DNA of 64,000 nt from a candidate division WWE3 bacterium RAAC2_WWE3_1. GTDB taxonomy: Bacteria; Patescibacteriota; WWE3; UBA101185; UBA10185. Each line of letters begins with the position of its first letter. The stretch's first letter is position 1. The notes under the pieces were generated by a model that was not told where the DNA came from, searched no databases, and was given only the letters and a program-made list of their open reading frames with translations. The stretch is taken from contig CP006914.1 in assembly GCA_000503835.1 (NCBI GenBank), forward strand, positions 657,680-721,679. The letters run 5' to 3'. The position numbers were made by a program, and so were the translations under genes. This document shows positions 59,184-64,000 of this stretch, in pieces.

Positions 59184-60890
59184 ATGAACCTGTTCACTGA
59201 ACTTAGTGTGATCATTGTTGTAGCGGCTGCCCTCGCCGGTGTAATGCGCGTTCTCAAACAGCCCATCGTCATCGGGTACGTTCTTACAGGCATAATCCTC
59301 GGTCCGCACGTTTTGGGTTTGTTGAGCTCGAATGAATCCATGTCGGCCTTTTCCCAGATGGGTATCGCAATCCTGCTTTTCATTGTCGGACTAAACCTTA
59401 ACCCAAAAGAACTTAAAAGTTTCGGTACCACTTCTTTCTTAATCGGATTCCTTCAGGTTTTATTCACATCATTTTTCGGATTTTTGATTTCGCGGCTTTT
59501 AAATTTTCCGGTTATAGAAAGTTTGTATATCGGAATAGCGCTATCTTTTAGTAGTACGATTGTCGTTTTAAAATTTCTCTCAGACAAAAAGGATCTCGAA
59601 AAACTGTACGGCCGTCTTACAATCGGCGTCTTGCTCCTTCAGGACATTTTAGCCGCCGTAGCTTTAATCGCGGTTTCGGGAATAGCGGGAGGCAGCGAAG
59701 GACTCTCCTCGTTTTTACTGCTAATAGTTAAGGGTCTCGCAGTGATTCTGGTAATCTCACTCGTAAGCTACTACGCAATGCCGGCGCTAGGTGCGTTTTT
59801 TGCCCGCTCCCAAGAGTATCTCTTCATTTTTTCACTGGCCTGGGGATTCGGATTAGCTACCCTTTTTGGGATACTCGGATTTTCGGTTGAAATCGGCGCC
59901 CTAATTGCCGGAGTTTCTTTATCAATCTTGCCGTACAGCTCGGAAATAAGTTCGCGTCTAAAACCTTTGCGTGACTTTTTCATCGTTATGTTTTTCATCT
60001 CCCTCGGATATCAGATTTCCTTTGATACTTTGTCGGGAATGTTTGTGCCCCTTTCAATTTTGGCGGCTTTTGTTCTATTCGGGAAACCGTTAATTCTTGG
60101 AATTTTGGTAGAAGTTTTCGGCTATTCCAAAAAGACAGCCTTCCTAACCGGAGTGAGTCTAGCCCAAATCAGCGAATTTTCGATGATATTTGCCCTCCTG
60201 GGTTTAAAGGTCGGGCACGTCTCCGGAGAGGTCGTAAGTGTAATTACAATTCTGGGATTTTTAAGCATAGCCCTGTCGTCCTACCTAATTGTGCATGCTG
60301 AGAAAATTTACCCGCTTTTTGTGCCGATCTTAAAAATATTTGAAAGCAGGGCGCCCGCCGTTGAAGATGCCCCCGACCGTGTCTACGACACCGTATTGTT
60401 CGGTTGCAACAGGGCAGGTTACGATTTCGTGAAAATATTTAAGGAATTTGGGACGCAGTTTTTGGCGATCGATTTTGATCCCGACATTATTAAGGAATTA
60501 ACAGGCAAGGGAATAAATTGCATTTACGGCGATGCCGAGGACAGCGAATTTCTGGAGGAAATTTCTATTGGAAGGGCAAAGATAGTTATTTCTACCGTTC
60601 CCGAGTACGAAACAAACCACTTTCTATTATCAAAAATTCGCTCAGAGAATGCGGATTCTCTTGTGCTGCTCCTTTCATACAATATCGACGACGCAATAAA
60701 ACTTTATGAAAATGGTGCTACTTATGTTATTTTGCCCCACTTTATAGGCGGAGAATTTGCAGTCAAAATAATTAGTGATGCCGGATTTGACGTTGCAAAA
60801 TTAAACGCCAAGCGCGAAGAGCACGTGAATTATCTTAAGGAAAGAAAAGCTCTAGGACACGCGCACCCGGTGTGGAATCACAATAAGTAG
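59184..60890 (+). CDS. Kef-type (CPA2) cation:proton antiporter with C-terminal RCK/TrkA-N domain
   Basis: N-terminus VLKQPIVIGYVLTGIILGPHVLG typical of KefB/KefC. 12 TM helices. C-terminal Rossmann VLFGCNRAGYDFVK. Confidence 0.8.
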   Translation: MNLFTELSVIIVVAAALAGVMRVLKQPIVIGYVLTGIILGPHVLGLLSSNESMSAFSQMGIAILLFIVGLNLNPKELKSFGTTSFLIGFLQVLFTSFFGFLISRLLNFPVIESLYIGIALSFSSTIVVLKFLSDKKDLEKLYGRLTIGVLLLQDILAAVALIAVSGIAGGSEGLSSFLLLIVKGLAVILVISLVSYYAMPALGAFFARSQEYLFIFSLAWGFGLATLFGILGFSVEIGALIAGVSLSILPYSSEISSRLKPLRDFFIVMFFISLGYQISFDTLSGMFVPLSILAAFVLFGKPLILGILVEVFGYSKKTAFLTGVSLAQISEFSMIFALLGLKVGHVSGEVVSVITILGFLSIALSSYLIVHAEKIYPLFVPILKIFESRAPAVEDAPDRVYDTVLFGCNRAGYDFVKIFKEFGTQFLAIDFDPDIIKELTGKGINCIYGDAEDSEFLEEISIGRAKIVISTVPEYETNHFLLSKIRSENADSLVLLLSYNIDDAIKLYENGATYVILPHFIGGEFAVKIISDAGFDVAKLNAKREEHVNYLKERKALGHAHPVWNHNK

Positions 60891-60920
60891 AGTTGGATTT
60901 TTCGGCGGTATAAGGTACTA

Positions 60921-60948
60921 TTGGCACGTTGCCTCAGTTGTTTATGCT
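60921..60948 (+). promoter_or_regulatory. candidate promoter TTGGCA-N16-TATGCT for tRNA-Ala
   Basis: -10 ends 6 nt before the mature tRNA 5' end. Confidence 0.35.
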
Positions 60949-60954
60949 GTATGG

Positions 60955-61030
60955 GGGCCGTTAGCTCAGTTGGTAGAGCGCCGCATTCGCATTGCGGAGA
61001 TCAGCGGTTCGACTCCGCTACGGTCCACCA
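60955..61030 (+). tRNA. tRNA-Ala (anticodon CGC)
   Basis: Acceptor GGGCCGT/ACGGTCC with the G3:U70 Ala identity pair. Anticodon loop TTCGCAT. T-arm AGCGGTTCGACTCCGCT. CCA encoded. Confidence 0.85.
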
Positions 61031-61178
61031 GAAAAAGTAGCGGTAGCCTGGCTACCGATAGTTTTTCTGTGAATCTAAAGCGAAGAACTACGAAGTGGTT
61101 CGTCATTGCGGAGCAATGTATGAGGAAGCGCAGCGAACGAAGTGAGTGAGCAAGCTCTTACTCCGCTACGGTCCACCA
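61012..61178. repeat. 19-bp perfect direct repeat of the tRNA-Ala 3' end at 61012-61030 and 61160-61178
   Basis: ACTCCGCTACGGTCCACCA occurs twice, 148 bp apart. The second copy lies 26 nt upstream of the 61205 NUDIX gene ATG. Confidence 0.85.
61036..61067 (+). terminator. terminator-like hairpin plus T-run after tRNA-Ala
   Basis: TAGCGGTAGC-CTG-GCTACCGATA followed by GTTTTTCTG. Confidence 0.45.
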
Positions 61179-61204
61179 AAAACTTTTAGTACTAGAAAAA
61201 TATT

Positions 61205-61645
61205 ATGAAAATCGGCGAAGATTTTATAGGTATTGCAACACCCTTCTACTGTAACGATGGAAAAGGCAATTTCTTGCTTCATAAGAGGAGTAAAAAGTGT
61301 AGAGACGAAAATGGTAATTGGGACCCGGGTTCCGGAAAGTTAGATTTTGGAGTAAGTATCGAAGAGAACGTTTTGAAAGAGGTTGCCGAAGAATACGGAT
61401 GTAAGGGGGAGATTCAGGAGCGGCTTCCGGCGCACGATGTTTTTCGCGAGCACGGTGGGGTAAAAACCCATTGGATATCAATTCCATTTTTCATAAAAGT
61501 CAACCCAAAAGAGGTTAGGAATAACGAACCGGATAAAATAGATGAGATTGGTTGGTTCAGATTAGATAATCTGCCAAAACCGCTCCATACTGGTTTTCAA
61601 TTCAGCTTCTCTAAGTTTCGGGATTATTTTGAGAAATACAAGTAA
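61205..61645 (+). CDS. NUDIX hydrolase
   Basis: NUDIX box G-x5-E-x7-REVxEExG: PGSGKLDFGVSIEENVLKEVAEEYG. Confidence 0.6.
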   Translation: MKIGEDFIGIATPFYCNDGKGNFLLHKRSKKCRDENGNWDPGSGKLDFGVSIEENVLKEVAEEYGCKGEIQERLPAHDVFREHGGVKTHWISIPFFIKVNPKEVRNNEPDKIDEIGWFRLDNLPKPLHTGFQFSFSKFRDYFEKYK

Positions 61646-61662
61646 CTGGTTCCAAAAATAGG

Positions 61663-61971
61663 TTAGACGAAATAAGCTTTGGAGACACTAAAATCTTCCC
61701 CGACCTCAACCCCATCTTCTTCCAGAAGTCTTTTCTGTTCTAGCGCCGGAATTTCGTTGTGTTTTATACTTATATAACCTTTCGCGTTGATAATTCTCCA
61801 CCAGGGAGTATCTTTTTCATCGCCCCATCGGTTGAGTACCCACCCGACTTCTCTTGCCCCTCTGGGTTTTCCGGCAAAAAGGGCGATTTGACCGTAGCTT
61901 GCAACCCGGCCTTTTGGGATTCTCCGTACCTCTTCTAATACCTTATCTTTAAAGCTCGTTTGTGCCTCCAT
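61663..61971 (-). CDS. alkyltransferase-like (Atl) / MGMT-family DNA-binding protein lacking the active-site Cys
   Basis: RVASYGQIA...GKPRGAREVG...PWWRIIN. The MGMT C-terminal HTH-like domain is present but PCHR is replaced by PWWR. Confidence 0.55.
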   Translation of the reverse strand: MEAQTSFKDKVLEEVRRIPKGRVASYGQIALFAGKPRGAREVGWVLNRWGDEKDTPWWRIINAKGYISIKHNEIPALEQKRLLEEDGVEVGEDFSVSKAYFV

Positions 61972-62013
61972 GATGCCTTTATTCTACCAATGCTGTATAC
62001 TTTATTCGACTTT

Positions 62014-62104
62014 GGAGGGATACCGAAGTGGTCATACCGGGCTGGTCTCGAAAACCAAGCGTGGGGCAACTCACACGTGGGTTCGAATCCCACTCCCTCC
62101 GCCA
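62014..62104 (+). tRNA. tRNA-Ser (anticodon CGA)
   Basis: Acceptor GGAGGGA/TCCCTCC, anticodon loop CTCGAAA on a CTGGT/ACCAA stem (top pair mismatched), long variable arm, T-arm GTGGGTTCGAATCCCAC, G73, CCA encoded. Confidence 0.7.
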
Positions 62105-62241
62105 GCAAAAAGTGGCCGGCGTTCACCGCCGGATATTTTTTGCTTGAGGGAAGCTGATTGAACAGCGAAGCAGGTTCGAATAACACATTTCTGCGAACGA
62201 AGTGAGTGGAAATGCTTTACGAAGTAAAACTCCCTCCGCCA
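62092..62241. repeat. 13-bp direct repeat of the tRNA-Ser(CGA) 3' end at 62092-62104 and 62229-62241
   Basis: ACTCCCTCCGCCA occurs twice, 137 bp apart. First member of a downstream repeat series. Confidence 0.75.
62116..62141 (+). terminator. terminator-like GC hairpin plus T-run after tRNA-Ser(CGA)
   Basis: CCGGCG-TTCAC-CGCCGG followed by ATATTTTTTG. Confidence 0.45.
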
Positions 62242-62304
62242 TGTACGAATTCGTTACTACCACAACCAATTCCTAGTTCCAAAGTTAAGTAGTATTATTG
62301 TTTT

Positions 62305-62697
62305 ATGCGAAGGGCTGTTGCTGGTATTGTGTTATTCAAAAATAAAGTACTGATTGGCAAAAAGATTGTCAAAGAAGGCCATTTTGTTAGTGGTGGTTGG
62401 CACATACCGGGAGGACATGTAGAAGAAAATGAAAATGACACCGACGCTTTGATGAGGGAGTTTCAAGAGGAAACACAATTAAAAATAAGAATTATTAAAA
62501 AGTTATGTGATTTCATCATCGAAGAAACAGATACCAGTTTGGGCTGGTTTATTTGTTCTACCGATACGGATAAAGCTGTACCGGGAGATGACCTGACTCA
62601 AATAGATTTTGTAGATAAAACAGAGGTTGCTACAAAATGCGATTCTCGCGCAGTAAGATTATGGCCATCAGAGGTAATAGACTATTTATCTAGATAA
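62305..62697 (+). CDS. NUDIX hydrolase
   Basis: NUDIX box GGWHIPGGHVEENENDTDALMREFQEETQL. Confidence 0.65.
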   Translation: MRRAVAGIVLFKNKVLIGKKIVKEGHFVSGGWHIPGGHVEENENDTDALMREFQEETQLKIRIIKKLCDFIIEETDTSLGWFICSTDTDKAVPGDDLTQIDFVDKTEVATKCDSRAVRLWPSEVIDYLSR

Positions 62698-62720
62698 GTA
62701 TTAGGGAATTTAGCTATCGC

Positions 62721-62767
62721 GAAAAAAGTTCCAAGTACGTCCAACTCCCTCCGCCATGTTAGAATGT
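62721..62767. repeat. intergenic repeat unit R2 containing a tRNA-Ser 3'-end-like core (AACTCCCTCCGCCATGT)
   Basis: GAAAAAAGTTCCAAGTACGTCCAACTCCCTCCGCCATGTTAGAATGT. About 85% identical to R3 at 63328-63374. Confidence 0.7.
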
Positions 62768-62771
62768 CCTT

Positions 62772-63317
62772 ATGTCTATAAGAATTACCTATTTTGTTCA
62801 TGGAACAACCACTGATAATCTACAAGAAATTTCTTCTGGTTGGTCGGATGTAGAACTGTCGGATAAAGGAGTTCAACAATCTATAGATTTAAGGGATCAA
62901 ATAAAAGGTAAAAAGTTCGATGCGGTGTTTTGTTCGGATCTAAAAAGGGCAGTGAAGTCTGCTGAATTGACTTTCAAGGATGAAGCTCCTATTTTTCAGG
63001 ATAAGCGATTAAGAGAATGTAACTATGGAAAATATAATGCACAACCATCTTCAGTTGTTGAGCCCCTCCAAGAGAAATATATAACTGAGCAGTTTCCTGA
63101 TGGCGAAAGTTATGAAGATGTGAAGCTAAGAATACTCGAATTTTTACAGGATTTGAGACAGAATTACGAAGGAAAAAGTATCGCTATTGTTGCGCATAAA
63201 GCCCCACAACTCGCTTTGGATGTGTTACTAGTCGGGAAATCTTGGGAAGAAGCGTTTGCACAGGATTGGAGAAAAAGAAAAGCTTGGCAACCCGGTTGGG
63301 ATTACACCCTCGCGTAA
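62772..63317 (+). CDS. histidine phosphatase superfamily (phosphoglycerate-mutase-like) protein
   Basis: N-terminal ITYFVHGTTTDN (RHG-type catalytic motif variant), ...SDLKRA..., C-terminal IVAHKAP (His of the second motif). Confidence 0.6.
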   Translation: MSIRITYFVHGTTTDNLQEISSGWSDVELSDKGVQQSIDLRDQIKGKKFDAVFCSDLKRAVKSAELTFKDEAPIFQDKRLRECNYGKYNAQPSSVVEPLQEKYITEQFPDGESYEDVKLRILEFLQDLRQNYEGKSIAIVAHKAPQLALDVLLVGKSWEEAFAQDWRKRKAWQPGWDYTLA

Positions 63318-63327
63318 GCTAACTTGG

Positions 63328-63374
63328 AGAAAAAGCTCCAAGTACGTCCCATGCCCTCCGCCAAGGTAGAATGT
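63328..63374. repeat. intergenic repeat unit R3 (degenerate copy of R2)
   Basis: GAGAAAAAGCTCCAAGTACGTCCCATGCCCTCCGCCAAGGTAGAATGT. Confidence 0.65.
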
Positions 63375-63462
63375 TGCTAGCGCGCCTTTATTAGCTATCC
63401 AACCACTGTTGATCTGCATGCTATAATGCATCCAACTTAAAATCAAAAGGAAGGAGTTTGCA

Positions 63463-63729
63463 ATGACTGACCCGGCTTCAGATTGTAGTGGCGCATTTCT
63501 AAACATTCCTGAAATCATGTGTGATTGGTTTAATGTCAGCACCGAGGAGGAGGGACGCACAAACGCTCAGAAAATAGCCAATGAAATGGGTAAGGTAATA
63601 ATCCTCCTAAGAAACGCTGACGGGGTATTCTATTTTGCCCTAGCGGGTTCGGGAGGGTTTGAAAGGGCAAAAAAGCAGTTAATTGAGTTTAACTTTGTGC
63701 AAATAGCAACCTATGAACCCGTGAAGTAG
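63463..63729 (+). CDS. hypothetical small protein
   Basis: 88-aa ORF preceded by a GGAAGGAG ribosome-binding site 7 nt upstream of the ATG. Confidence 0.4.
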   Translation: MTDPASDCSGAFLNIPEIMCDWFNVSTEEEGRTNAQKIANEMGKVIILLRNADGVFYFALAGSGGFERAKKQLIEFNFVQIATYEPVK

Positions 63730-63846
63730 ATAGTACTACCAGCCTATGTTTTACCATCCTAAACATAGGCTTTCTTTTTAAAATTTTTCCCCCGGCCCAG
63801 TACTCATCGGACACATAGATAAATAATTTCCAATATTACCCAGTGT

Positions 63847-63873
63847 CCTCCGCAATGTATCAAATTCGTTACC
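63847..63873. repeat. repeat unit R4 (same subfamily as R1: CCTCCGC[C/A]ATGTA..AAATTCGTTAC)
   Basis: TCCTCCGCAATGTATCAAATTCGTTACCC versus R1 CCCTCCGCCATGTACGAATTCGTTACTACC at 62232-62261. Confidence 0.6.
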
Positions 63874-63924
63874 CTTGGATCATTGGCAAGTTCCAACCCT
63901 GAAAATTTTCTGTATTATAGTTTC

Positions 63925-64000
63925 ATGGACACTAAAGAACTTTCTCATACTAGAGTAAATCAACCACAGGAAACTGACCCCGTATTTTTCTATCCAAAAG
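63925..64000 (+). CDS. possible 5' end of a further cassette gene (runs off the window)
   Basis: An ATG 78 nt downstream of R4 opens a frame (MDTKELSHTRVNQPQE...) that continues to the window edge. Same spacing as the R1-to-NUDIX arrangement. Confidence 0.2.
   Translation, partial: MDTKELSHTRVNQPQETDPVFFYPK

Noticed and set aside
61935-62186. Minus- and plus-strand short ORFs (61935-62186, 61960-62157, 61970-62161)
   Set aside because: They overlap tRNA-Ser(CGA) and its terminator. tRNA structure explains the region.
1-64000. Search for CRISPR arrays, rRNA genes, IS elements with terminal inverted repeats, integrase/transposase genes
   Set aside because: No regularly spaced short direct repeats, no rRNA-like conserved blocks, and no recombinase-like ORFs were recognised. 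The repeat structures present are tied to tRNA 3' ends instead.

Overview
Dense, mostly small-protein coding window with moderate GC. Gene content and gene brevity suggest a reduced-genome bacterium, plausibly Patescibacteria/CPR; that assignment is inference only. Recognisable core genes: gap (3' end), pgk, tpiA, rpsT, murJ, lepA, hrcA-grpE-dnaK, ruvX, dnaA (so oriC lies in this window), murT-gatD, tsaD, proS, valS, rplY, smpB plus a tmRNA, comF, wecB, a Kef-type antiporter, and four tRNAs (Ser-GCT, Arg-GCG, Ala-CGC, Ser-CGA). Envelope genes are Gram-positive-like: LCP, sortase, MurT/GatD, O-antigen-ligase-like. The accessory content worth a second look is: (1) a type-IV-secretion/pilus-like surface locus at about 38.5-52.3 kb, with four tandem VirB2/TrbC-like two-helix pilin paralogs (one fused to a Cys-rich domain), a VirB6-like polytopic protein, a SpoIID/LytB-type wall enzyme and two ~1270-aa proteins, one of them membrane-anchored with a C-terminal HEXXH zincin-like domain; a VirB4-like ATPase sits separately at 16.6-19.0 kb; (2) a ferredoxin plus a truncated aldehyde:ferredoxin oxidoreductase (AOR) N-domain gene wedged between pgk and tpiA; (3) three tRNA genes each followed about 120-150 bp downstream by a direct duplicate of their own 3' end, and downstream of tRNA-Ser(CGA) a tandem array of single-gene cassettes (NUDIX, histidine phosphatase, unknowns) separated by repeats derived from that tRNA 3' end; (4) an AT-rich AAA-ATPase gene directly 3' of the tmRNA. 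No CRISPR array or rRNA was seen.
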